Below are positions 1 to 19,372 of a stretch of DNA of 64,000 nucleotides, one piece after another. The notes beneath the pieces were generated by a model. It worked only from the letters and a program-made list of their open reading frames with translations, was not told the origin of the DNA and searched no databases. Where the stretch lies: the NCBI RefSeq assembly GCF_009914755.1, contig NC_060928.1, one strand, 5' to 3'. Made by a program: the position numbers and the translations under genes. The stretch's first letter is position 1; each line of letters starts with the position of its first letter. This stretch comes from the human T2T-CHM13v2.0 reference genome, Homo sapiens.

Positions 1-1038
1 GAATGTGTATGTGTAAAGAACTTTAATGTATACAAGTTCTTCTGCAAATGAATTTTAGGAGATTAGTAAATTAAATTTAGAAAAAATTATACTACTTTGC
101 TTTATGAAGAAAATAATTACAATATTAAAAACAGAGAATTTAGTTTTTCATACTTTTATAAGCAAATTTACTAGTCATTTAAAATTTCCACTTAGAGGCA
201 TAAAAGTAAAACTGTACAACTTTTGTCTTATTTAGTATTATAGATATTGTGTGTCTATATCACATTTTCCTTATGTGAATGGGGGTTTCAAATTCATGAG
301 ACTTTGTTTACAGGTAATGGACAAGATTTAGGATAATTATAAAACAACACTGGAAATGTCCATCAATTTATCATTTCTGCCCAAAAGCCTTTACATACAC
401 TGCATGTTAAACTTAGATGTCCACCCAGAAATAAATCAATGTATTTACAGCCAACTGATTCTTGACAAAGCCACCAAGAACTTTCAGTAGGGGAAAGGAC
501 AGTCTTTTCAATAAATGGTGCTAGAAAAACTGAATATCTATATGCAGAAAAATGAAACTAGACCCCTATCTCTTACTATATGCAAAAATCAGATAAAGAT
601 GAATTAAAGACTTGAATATAAGACCTGAAACTATAAAGCTACTAGGAGAAAACATTGTGGAAATGCTTCAGGACACTGGTCTGGGAAATGATTGTTTGGA
701 TAAGACCTCAAAAGCACAGGCAACAGAAGCAAAACTAGACATAGAATTACAACATTCTAAAAAGCTTCTTCACAGCAAAGAAAACAATAAACTCAGTAAA
801 GAGACAACTTGCAGAATGGGAGAAAATATGTGCAAACTCTCCATCAGACAAGGGATTAATAACCAGAATATATAAGGAACTCAATAGCAATAATAAAATA
901 ATCTAATTTACTAACGGGCAAATGATCTGAATAAACATTTCTCAAGAGAAAACATACAAATGGCCAAAAGGTACATGGAAAAAAAAATGGTCAACACCAC
1001 TAATAAAGAGAGAAATGCAAATCAAAACCACAATGTGA

Positions 1039-1940
1039 GAGGAGCCAAGATGGCCGAATAGGAACAGCTCGGGTCTACAGCTCCCAGCCTGAGCGACGCA
1101 GAAGATGGGTGATTTCTGCATTTCCATCTGAGGTACCGGGTTCATCTCACTAGAGAGTGCCAGACAGTGGGCGCAGGTAAATGGGTGCGCGCACCGTGCG
1201 CGAGCCGAAGCAGGGCAAGGCATTGCCTCACTGGGGAAGCGCAAGGGGTCAGGGAGTTCCCTTTCCGAGTCAAAGAAAGGGGTGACTGATGCACCTGGAA
1301 AATCGGGTCACTCCCACCCGAATATTGCGCTTTTCGGACCCCCTTAAAAAACGGCGCACCACGAGATTATATCCCGCACCTGGCTCGGAGGGTCTTACGC
1401 CCACAGAGTCTCGCTGATTGCTAGCACAGCAGTCTGAGATCAAACTGCAAGGCGGCAGCGAGGCTGGGGGAGGGGCGCCCACCATTGCCCAGGCTTGCTT
1501 AGGTAAACAAAGCAGCTGGGAAGCTTGAACTGGGTGGAGCCCACCACAGCTCAAGGAGGCCTGCCTGCCTCTGTAGGCTCCACCTCTGGGGGCAGGGTAC
1601 AGACAAACAAAAAGACAGTAGTAACCTCTGCAGACTTAAATGTCCCTGTCTGACAGCTTTGAAGAGAGCAGTGGTTCTCTCAGCACGCAGCTGGAGATCT
1701 GAGAACCAGCAGACTGTCTCCTCAGGTGGGTCCCTGACCCCTGACCCCCGAGCAGCCTAACTGGGAGGCACCCCCCAGCAGGGGCACACTGACACCTCAC
1801 ACGGCAGGGTATTCTAACAGACCTGTAGCTGAGGGTCCTGTCTGTTAGAAGGAAAACTAACAAACAGAAAGGACATCCACACCAAAAACCCATCTGTACA
1901 TCACCATCATCAAAGACCAAAAGCAGATAAAACCACAAAG
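1039..1940. promoter_or_regulatory. L1 5'UTR with internal sense promoter and antisense promoter (ASP)
   Basis: CpG-rich, with an intact YY1 site CAAGATGGCCG at 1046-1056. The length of about 900 bp matches the short L1HS/L1PA2-type UTR. Promoter activity is inferred from the family. Confidence 0.8.
1270..1485 (-). CDS. LINE-1 ORF0 (71 aa), intact
   Basis: ATG at 1485-1483 in GCAATGG context. MVGAPPPASLPPCSLISDCCASNQRDSVGVRPSEPGAGYNLVVRRFLRGSEKRNIRVGVTRFSRCISHPFL* matches primate L1 ORF0. Expression of this copy is unknown. Confidence 0.8.
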   Translation of the reverse strand: MVGAPPPASLPPCSLISDCCASNQRDSVGVRPSEPGAGYNLVVRRFLRGSEKRNIRVGVTRFSRCISHPFL

Positions 1941-5878
<3,938 letters not shown>

Positions 5879-6495
5879 ACAATGAAATCACATGGACATA
5901 GGAAGGGGAATATCACACTCTGGGGACTGTTGTGGGCTGGGGGGAGGGGGAAGGGATAGCATTGGGAGATATACCTAATGCTAGATGACGAGTTAGTGGG
6001 TGCAGCGCACCAGCATGGCACATGTATACATATGTAACTAACCTGCACAATGTGCACATGTACCCTAAAACTTAAAGTATAAAAAAAAAAAAAAAAACAC
6101 AATGTGATATCATCTCACCTGGGTTAAAATTGCCGTTATCAAAAAGGCAAAAAGCATGGACGTTAGTAAGGATGTGGAGAAAGGAGAATGCTAGTACACT
6201 GTTGGTGGGAATGTAAATTAGTATAGCCACTATGGAAAACAGCATGGAGGTTCCTCAAAAAACTAAAAGCAGTTGCACCATATGATCCAGCAATCCCACT
6301 GCTGGGTATATACCCAAAAGAAAGGAAATGAGGATATCGAAGAAATATGCACTCCCATGTTCATTACAGCGCTATTCACAATAGCCAAGATACAGAACTA
6401 ACCTAAATGTCTATCAATGGATGAATAAAGAAAATATATATTTATTAATATACACAATGAATTACTATTCAGCCATTAAAAAAGAATGAAATCCT

Positions 6496-6609
6496 GCCGA
6501 GTGAGGTGGCCCATGCTTGTAATCCCATTATTTTATTGTGCCACTGCACTCCAGCCTGGATAACAGATCGAAACTCCATCTCAAAAATAAATAAATAAAT
6601 GAATAAAAT
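6496..6609 (+). mobile_element. Internally collapsed Alu (head and tail only)
   Basis: GCCGAGTGAGGTGGCCCATGCTTGTAATCCCA, then TTATTTT, then ATTGTGCCACTGCACTCCAGCCTGG...A-rich tail. TSD AAAGAATGAAATCCT on both sides. Confidence 0.85.
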
Positions 6610-7119
6610 AAAAGAATGAAATCCTATCATTTTCAGCAAAATGGATGGAATTGGAGGTCATCATGTTAAGTGAAATAAGCCAGGCACAGAAAGGCAAATA
6701 TTGCATGTTCTGACTCGTATGTGGAAACTAAATAAGTTGATCTCATGGAAGTAGAGAGTAGAACAGTAGTTGCTGGGAAAGGTGGACAGGGTGGGTTTGG
6801 GACATAGGGGGAGAGTGGTGGGGTGGAGGTGGTGGTGTTGTGGGAGATGGGGATGAAGAGAGGCTGGTTAATGAATATGGAAATACAGTTAGATAGAAGG
6901 AATAAGTTCTAGTACTCAATAGCACAGAAGAGTGACTATAGTTAACAATAATTTATTGTGTATTTCAAAAGAGCTAGATTTGAAATATTTCCAACACAAA
7001 GCAACGATAAAGACTTATGGAGTAAATCTATATAAAGTATTTAGAATGGCGTCTGGCAAGATATGTGCTCTATAAATTTTTATCTTATACCTCTTTTCTC
7101 ACCCCTCACCATCTTGTCC

Positions 7120-7750
7120 CTTATGCTTTAGCATTAGCACACTACTTGCCTTTTCACGCCACTGTGCCTTTGCACATGTTGTTCCTTCGCTTAGAAAGCC
7201 ACAACCTGTGCATTTAATAAATCCCTGCTTGCCTTTCAAATCTCAGTTCAAACACTACTTTCTCTGTGAAGAAGGCCTTTCTTTTTAACTCCTGACTGAC
7301 AAAGTTTCTCTTCTATGTCTTCACAGGTATCTGGTATACATCTTTATTATAATGAGATGAGTCATTTCCCACTAGACTAAAAGCTTCTCAAGCATGAAAA
7401 AATTATTTTTATACCTTATTTTCCTCAGGACCCAGTGTATTATCTGACACACAGAAAGTATTAAGATATATATATATTGATTATAAAGGAATAAAATAGT
7501 ATTTCCAAATCATCTACTGTTCATGAGTAACATTGTGCTATGAGGTATGTATATGTAACGAAAACTGTGCAAGTACCTCTATTATAGTAATTACTATTTG
7601 TGAGATATTGTCTATTTCTCCACTTGACTTACAGTCTCCTTGAATGGAGGTTCCACGTGTTTTCATATTTGTATCTCGAAAAGCTAGCACAAGGTCTGCA
7701 ACAAAAAAACTCAATGGATATTTGATGAATGAATGAATGAGTGAATAAAA
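7120..7750 (+). mobile_element. L2 3'-end remnants (two pieces)
   Basis: gcctttgcacatgttgttcc...tctcagttcaaac and the terminal ...tatttgatgaatgaatgaatga are typical of L2 3' ends. Confidence 0.6.
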
Positions 7751-8008
7751 ATATGATTAAATGATTCTGCAGAGCAGAATCAATTCTTATGTCTGGATTA
7801 TCAGACAAACTCTTCAGGGATGGCAAAGTCATCACATGCTCTCTGGCATCTGAGCACCATGATGGTTAATAAAGAACACTAAAATGTATGTCTGCCTCAA
7901 TAATTTGTCAACAAAGTCATCTTTTGTTTCCTCAACTGAAAAACTGGAGATGACAGTTGCTACCATTTAAAGCTTTCAAAACTGTGCTCTAATTAACTGA
8001 AAGAAGTT

Positions 8009-8354
<346 letters not shown>

Positions 8355-10227
8355 CTAAACCATCTTTAGGAAAATAGGCAAAATAATTTAATAAATATAT
8401 CAACGAAGAGAAAAACAGACAAATATTAGTGTTGACATTTTGGGGTAAACAAAGTTCAAAAATCTGTAAATGGACTGAGTGCGTGCATGTGTCTGAGAGG
8501 GAGAGAAATTACAAATCAGAAAAACTGTGTTTTTATATTCTTTTTCTTTCTCATTTTTAATCATATTATGAGAACATATATAAGCATACAGAAATATTTA
8601 AAAAATACAATACTCTGTACAATTCTATAATACATTAAAAAATATTGATCCAAATATTCCCCAAATAGTAGAAAACCTCAGAAAACCTACATGTTCATAG
8701 GCCTAAGTACACCTGAATCAACTGGGGTGTGTTCATGTGTGTGTGTGCATGTTTGTGTGTGTGTGTGTATGTGTTCAAAAGTCAGAAAGTCATAGAAAAC
8801 CTCAATAGGCCTTTTTAAATATAGCTAAAATTTTAAAGTTTTCAAATGATTACGCTGAAGAAAGATGCCAAGCACAATTTTTTTCCAAACAATTCTATCT
8901 TATTTTCAAAGTATAGGGAATTCTCATGATATAATAACTGCTCAAAGGCAAAAAAAATTGAAAAAGTGCCCCAGGCCATTTTATTTATGAAGCTGCCTTA
9001 AGCTAATATTTAAATCTGACAAGGATAGCACTACACACACACACACGCGTACACACACATGCGTGCACACACCACCCCCACCCAGTATTCCTTAGAAAAA
9101 CAGATTTTAAAACTCTAAAAACTCTAGAGGCTGAATGCAATAGCAGTTTTTAATACTTCCATAAAAATGACTTAGGACATATTTCAGGAATGAAAGATGA
9201 TTCAATATTAGGAAAATTTTAAATATAGCTCATCAACTTAATTGGTCAAAGGATACAAATATGTAATCAACACTATAAGTTACATAAGGCCAGATGTGAT
9301 ACAAATTCACATCGACTCCCAATTTTAGAAAAAGAAAACCCCATTGTAGAGCATACCAGAAGAACACTTAATTAGAATGAAACATGTTTTTTGAGACAGC
9401 TATTCTTTATCTTAAACATTTGACATTCTACTTATCAATGAATCACTAGAAGCAGAGTTACTGAAATCAAGATGCATATAGTCCTAGAAAACCCAGAATA
9501 ATCCGAGGAAAATCCAATAAAACTGCAAAGAATTTCATTAGGGTTTAGTTACAACATACACACAACAAAATGATTAGCTTTTCTATACAGCAGCAGTAGG
9601 CAGAAAATATAATAGACAAAAGCTTACATTCATGATATCACAATATTCATCCAAAATAAACTACCTAGAATTAACCTTATATTTAAAGAAAATGAAATAG
9701 TTTCAGGCAAGACATTTGAAAAAATAAGGAGAGGGGATATTAGATGCTTTCTAGAAAGATTCAATATTATAAAAACTTTATTTTTCCTTAGGGTAATGTA
9801 TATAAGTATAATCAAAATCCTAAAATAAATCATATTTTCTATTTTGAAACTTAAATTTTGAAGTTTATTTGACAAACTAGACAAAAATGCCAAGAAAATA
9901 TTGGAAAATAATAAATAAAACACACTGTCATATATTAAAAATGTACAAAGTTAACATCGTATGATATTGCATCAGGAAAGACCAAAAGATTAATTGGATA
10001 TAATGGAATGCACAGAAGCAGACTCAAATACATATAAATATTTGGAAAAGAAAAGGATGTCATGTCAAATCACTGGGTGATGATTTGAAATGGCATCATT
10101 CTATTCTTTTATTTTGTTCTTTATTATTTAGAATATAGTACTGGGATAACTTGTTAACTGGAAGAAAGTAAAACTGTGTTTCTATCTTACATAATACAGA
10201 AAAATGATTTATATAGACTAAGCACTT

Positions 10228-10521
10228 ATTTTATTTCAATTTCCAGGATACATGTGCAGGACGTGCAGGTTTGTTACATAGGAAAGAGGGCCATGGTGGT
10301 TTGCTGCACCTATTGACCCATCACCTAGGTATTAAGCCCCATATGCATTAGCTATTTATCCTGATGCTCTCCCTCTCTCCGCCCCCTGGACAGGCCCCAG
10401 TGTGTGTTGTTCCCCTCCCTGTGCCCATGTGTTCTCATTGTTCAGCTCCCACTTATAAGTGAACATGCGGTGTTTGGTTTTCTGTTCCTGCGTTAGTTTG
10501 CTGAGGATAATGGCTTACAGC
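10228..10521 (-). mobile_element. 5'-truncated L1PA 3'UTR fragment (about L1PA8-10)
   Basis: gatacatgtgcaggacgtgcaggtttgttacatagg...ctgaggataatggc, with imperfect TSD TAGACTAAGCACTT / TAGATGAAGCACTT. Confidence 0.9.
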
Positions 10522-10832
10522 TAGATGAAGCACTTCTTAAGTATAAAGAAATGAAATTACAAAAGAACAAGAAAAAGTATTGATGACTTGAAACATTTAC
10601 GTGTATAGCAAAGATGAATTCTTAAAGAAGAGTAATGTATGTGAAGAATACAAATTTAAGATGTCCTTCTTGTAACAAATAAAAATCCTGCTTTGTCAAA
10701 AAAAAGGGGAGATATAAACATATACTTGACAAAAGAAGAAACACAAATAGGTAATAAAAATGTTTTACGTCATTAATAATCACAGAAATATAAAGAAGTA
10801 TTTACAGTCATAGAAATACAAAAAGTAGGTAA

Positions 10833-11250
10833 GTATTCTGGTTATCTTCTGTTTGTCCCTCCAGATTCACTCTCCACTGGTCTCCACCTTGCTTTCTGCC
10901 CTATGTGGCAACCTGTTTAGACTGCGTCAAGAGGGACTTTCAATCCTCTGCTTTAAAATGGGTACAGACAATAGGAAGAGTGAGGTCACAGTATTCATTC
11001 CCCTAGTATATTGGCTTGGCTGTGTCCCTTGACCAAAGGTCACTGTGCTTCTGAAGACAGTGCTCTCTACTTGCCTCTCTTATCTATCTTCTGGTAACCA
11101 CTTATTCCCTTAACTAGGGGTGGTAACAGGTCTGTAGCTAATATCCATAATTTACTCCATTACTGCTTTCATTTCCCCCCAAAGTACCATCTTGTAATTA
11201 CCATCTCTAAATAAATTCATTTTAAGTGTCCTAATTTGAGGGTACTAATT
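10833..11250 (+). mobile_element. LTR33-like ERVL solo LTR
   Basis: gtattctggttatcttctgtttgtccctccagattcactctccac...aataaattcattt resembles the LTR33 consensus. Confidence 0.65.
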
Positions 11251-11669
11251 ATTGGTGATGGAAAGAGATACCTAGTGAATGTATAAATCAACATTAACTT
11301 CTGGAGAAAAATGTGTAATATGTATTAAAATATGCACATCTTTTAATCTAGAAATTTCTTAGAAATTTGTTCTATGGACAGTCACAGATTATAAAAAGTT
11401 GCACAGAAAAAACATTTATCAAACATACTGTTTTTCTTAAATTGTGAAAAACAAAAATAATGTTAATACACAATAAAAGAGGATAGAACAAATAAATAGC
11501 ACTGAACTCATGTAAAGAAATCCCATTCACCAATTAAAACTATGTTTACAAAAAATATTTCCTAATGAAGAAAATGTTCAGGATATATTATTAAGGGGAT
11601 ATTATATATTATCAAGGGAAAAAAGACCCTGTAATACTATAAATTAATTATGGACCACTTTTGCGCTAA

Positions 11670-11671
<2 letters not shown>

Positions 11672-11711
<40 letters not shown>
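11672..11711. repeat. (CA)n microsatellite
   Basis: About 20 perfect AC units. Confidence 0.97.
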
Positions 11712-11712
<1 letters not shown>

Positions 11713-12060
11713 ACACAGAAACTGCAAAAGTGGTTATTTCTGAGTAGTGGAATTAATTTTATTTTTGTTCTTCCTGATTTTCTGTGTTTAGGTTTTATTC
11801 ATTAATGATGAGCTACTTTTGAATAATTAAAAACATAAAAATATGCAACTTGTTTTCAATCAGCATTATTAAACTCTCTTAAATACTTCATAACTATGAA
11901 TCTAATTGTTTTAAGATAATTCTGATGAAATGTTTACAGCAATGTAAAAAGACTTTCCAAATGAGAAGTCATGACTATACTTATAATAGGTAATAGATCT
12001 GGCACTGAAAAACATGCAGAGATGTTAAAAAGATAATAAATATTATCTTTAAATTCAGAT

Positions 12061-14551
<2,491 letters not shown>

Positions 14552-14794
14552 CAGAAAAAGTCCAAAAATGATAAAAAGAGATCATTAAATAGGACAGGCT
14601 TTCATGCATTCAAGGCTGGAAAACACACAAAAGATAACATACACAAGTCAATAAAAAATGTTTTAGGTTCACTGAAATGTTTCATTGGTAAGGCCTACTC
14701 TACCATTTACATGAAGAAATTTTTAAATAAACTGATGTTTATCTACATTTTCACAAAACATATTTAGAATTTAGAGAAAAGGGCCCATTGGCTA

Positions 14795-15268
<474 letters not shown>

Positions 15269-16129
15269 TTAAAGTGACGTATAATGTTTCTAGGAGGGAA
15301 ACTGGATTAATAGAAACATGCTAATGACCACAGAGAGCCAGGTACACCAACAGCTTAAATTCCTTATATTTCATTTGCATATTCTGTGGTAATTATAATA
15401 GCATCCTGCACAGAGAAGGTGCTAAAAGGTTTGATAAATGAATGTATGTATAAAAGCATGCTGAGTGATGTTGTCCCTAAAAGGCTATACTATGCTAGTC
15501 TGCTATAAGTGAAGCTACCAACAAAATCTGTCCAAGGACTAACTGAGAAGGGACAGAGTGACTCTACTACTTCTGACTGTCACCCCAACATCCCTTCTCC
15601 TCCTATCCTTTATAAGGAGATAGGTTTGGGGAAGTGGGGAATTGACTTTGTGGAAAACACAGTATTTAAGATACGATGTACTTCCATTCCTAAACTATAG
15701 GTTAGAGTAGTGGGCATTTTTAGCCACTCAAATTCTCCCCTTGCAAGGCAAATGTGTAGTTCCCAGGACAATCATTGTAGAGATTTGGGCATACCTAAAA
15801 TAAGGCATGGGTGACATTCTACATTGCAGTGGAATGTCTACTTCAGCAGAAGACATTAATTTACCTTGTACCTCTCTGAGCAGGTGAGAAGTAGGGAGAG
15901 AGATGGTAGTACTGACAGAGTGGGTGGTAGGCACCTACCTTCTTGACTTTTCTTTCCTAAGCTGTAAAATGAGAATGATGCTGCTCTTCTATTTACCTCA
16001 CAAAAATACTGTGAGAATCAACCAGTACAGTCAATCTAAAGTGCTTGGTAGACTGTAGATCTTTACATAAAATGTTATTAAAATTGGATCCCAAATGAAG
16101 CAGGTTTAATTTCCTGATAAAATCGTCTT

Positions 16130-18300
16130 AATATCATCTAAATGTTGGGTAATCATTAATTGACAAATAGTTGATGAACTAGCCTGTGCTGGCCATTTTG
16201 AGAAAGATGAAATATCATTTCTACCTCAAAGACTCCACAATCCAGTTGGGAAGGCAAGACTAACAGGAATGAATTAGTAATAAAACTATACAATAATAAT
16301 AGAAAATATATAGATATTTTATATATAATAAATGTATACTTGTATACATTTACTTACTCATTTAAGTCTTACAATAATCCTGAGGGAGGTTCTATTATTT
16401 TATTCATATTATAGATAAGGAAATTCAGGTGCAGAGAAGGTAAAAACCTGCCAAAGGCAATATAACAGTAACAGAATCAGGATTCAAATTTGGTCAGTCT
16501 GGCTCTGGAGAATGTACACTTAACCACATCACTACCCTGCCTCTCTTGTAAGATTCCATGTATGGAACCAAAGGTGCATACTATGAGAACTCAGGGAAAG
16601 AGTGAAACACAATATGGGCAGAAGTAGTTAGTAATATATTGGTGGAGTAAGTGGCACTTGAGTAAGGAAAACCAAGTAGGGTTTGGAAAAGAAGAAAAGA
16701 GAAGGAAGACTGTTGTAGAAGTGGGTTACTATAAAAGCTCTGGAGGAGCGCAGAAAAATTTGATAAATAGTTACTGAATACCTATTAGGTACCACTCACG
16801 GTACTTGGGATATTTCAATTAACAAAACAAAGATACTTGTTCTTATAAAAGTTAAAGTCAATGGGTGTAAAAATGACAATGGAGAGACTAGTCTCACTGA
16901 ATTGACCATCCATCCTGAGAATCAGAGAAAATAGTATTGAATAGGTAGACAAGTGCCAGATTATGAGATCTCTGAAAGACAGAGAAGTCTGAGGATATAG
17001 ATCAAACTTACAGATATGTACTGCAGGATTTTTCGAGGAATGTGTCACATAGTAATAACAGTATCTTAGGAATATTAATTTGGCTGTTTTTCCAAGAATG
17101 AAATAGAAATGGGAAAAATTAAAGGGAGAAAGACTTGCTAGAAAGTGTATTTTATTAATATCTAGATTAAGTGATGGCATTGGTAATCGAGAGCTTTGCT
17201 CAATTCTTTATCTCCTTTTTTTATTCAGTTTTTCCTTTACTGTTATTTTTCCTTTTCTGTTATTTTTCCTTGGTCTATAAATACATGCAATTCCATCCAT
17301 CTACAGTAAACAGAAGGTAAATTAAAACAATAAATAATAAAACTACTCTTCAAGGAGTGAATCACTCCCAAGCTACTACCTCTCTACCTCCTTCTCATCT
17401 CTATTTTCTCCTTACCATTGTCTCCTGAACTCACTGCAACTTGGTTTCTGTCATGATACAGGAGGAGTAGTTCATTTGGCCAGAAAAGAAGTGGAAAACT
17501 GGGGAACGCTTCTTTGAAAAGGTAATATTTCAGTGGAGATTGAAAGGATGAATAGGAGTTTGCCGTATAAATAACTGGGGGTTTTCAAGTATAGTATTCT
17601 GTGTGAAATTGGGAAGGTACTTCGATTCTATTTCTAAGGCACTGGTTCTACCTTTAGGAGGTATGCTGAAGAAATCCTCTCATTTAAAGTCTTTTTATTC
17701 TCCCCCTCCCCCACCAACTTAACCTGGTATGAATGATGCAGAAAGTTCAGTCAGCATCCTATTTTAATTTGAATCCTAATTTCCTGAAGCTTAGTTCACA
17801 AATAGCCAATCAAAGTTTCTCAGGTTTATAGCCCCTACTCTATAAATCACTGCCACTGGTCTCTTTCAATATACCATGAGCTCCTGTTTTCATACCTCCA
17901 TTGCCCAGCAGAGAGCCTGGAACTCAGTAGCTATTCAGTAAAATTGGTTAGATTAATGAAATGATAAAGAAAGAAAGATAGATGTATGAGAGCCTGTATA
18001 GGAAAATACAGAAAGAGAAAATATACAGGAGTTAAAGGTCAAGGATGAGTGAATAATGGCTCTTAAGTTTTGAACATGGTTGATTAGAAAAAAAGATATT
18101 AACAGTGACAGATGGCAGATAAAGGGAAGATATGTTTAAATCTAGATATGTGAAACTGAGATGGTACAGTGACACTTGTCACTGTCAAAGATGTGGTTAG
18201 AGATAAAAAGTGGCATCTGGAAGAAGTCATGGTTAGAATATCATATTCTTGGAATGATCAGCATAGAAATTGCAGTTTAGGTTATGAGAAAGGATAAACA
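16130..18300 (-). mobile_element. Scattered L2 remnants with a MIR at about 16350-16535
   Basis: MIR core (tcatttaagtcttacaataatcctgag...gataaggaaattcaggtgcagag) and L2-like segments (tagttactgaatacctattaggtacc...). Boundaries are approximate. Confidence 0.55.
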
Positions 18301-19057
18301 ATTTAAAGAAAAAAGAAAAAAAATTGACAAATATCTCAATTTTGGCAGGCAATCTATATAATGCTGAGAAAAATCTTAAATTGTATAATATTAATAAGAC
18401 TTGTAAAAACATAAATTTGAGATTTTTAGGGTAATATTAATCAATTCTCATTTTTCCAAATGTTTACAATAAACAGACTCTAATTTCATAGTGGTAGGTA
18501 TTTCAAGCTCATGCAAGAGGGGGTACAGGCTTTGTAAATGGCACAGACTATCACTCTCAAAGGAATTTTAACAAGAAAAGTTACCTTCAAAAACTATCAA
18601 TCTACAAATATCATTTTGATCCATATATTTAAAACAATAAATTGTTTCAGTGACATTTTCAAGTTTTCATTTCTCCCTCTTAGTTTTAAATAGGAAGAGG
18701 TTTCTATTCATAAAATTTAGAAATACAGCATCTGATGTGGAGTTTGAAATAACTATCATACTCTGAAAGCTGCATAGTATAGCTCTCACACTAGAGAGAA
18801 TCTCCTCCCCTCAAACAGAAGAGAGACAACATACATGAATATGAAATATAAAGAAAAGTAGAGACAGATTTTTTTTTTCAGTGATTAGAGACTTTATGCT
18901 AAAACGTTCACAGATGTACTCTGGAAAAATTGTGTACAAGCTAAGCTTCTGTAAAGAGAGTAATTTTTTCTTTGCTATACGGTATCATTCTGGAGACATT
19001 TTATCTCTCTGGGCCTCAGTTTTCTCAAATGATGGGCAGGAGTAGACAGTATTTGTA

Positions 19058-19372
19058 CAGTCATGTGTTGCTTAACAAAGGGAATATGTTCTAAGAAATG
19101 TGTCATTAGGCAAGTGTGTTGTGCAAACATCATAGGGTGTATTTACACAAACAAAGATGGCATATATACTTATTTCATGTATTTTTTAATATGGAAAACC
19201 AAATGTCGCAGAACCATTACTGAATATCAATTATTTCCTCTAGTTGATCTGTAATGCCAGTATCAATTGCTATATATCAGGTTTCTGTATATGCTCTATC
19301 ATAATCTCATGGGACCACGGTCATGTATGTAATCCGTTGTTGACTGAAATGTTGTTATGTGCTGCATGACTG
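19058..19372 (+). mobile_element. Tigger3-family MITE (Tigger3d-like)
   Basis: Terminal inverted repeats CAGTCATG...CATGACTG flanked by TA on both sides, 315 bp. Confidence 0.85.

Larger units (their letters stand above)
8850..11800 (+). mobile_element. Highly decayed ancient L1 (L1ME-type) fragments, interrupted
   Basis: A-rich stretches resembling ORF2 (e.g. tttcaggaatgaaagatgattcaatattagg) and an L1M 3' end. Boundaries are approximate. Confidence 0.55.

Noticed and set aside
6775-6860. G-quadruplex-like G-rich tract (also 5921-5955)
   Set aside because: This is the ordinary polypurine tract of L1 3'UTRs.
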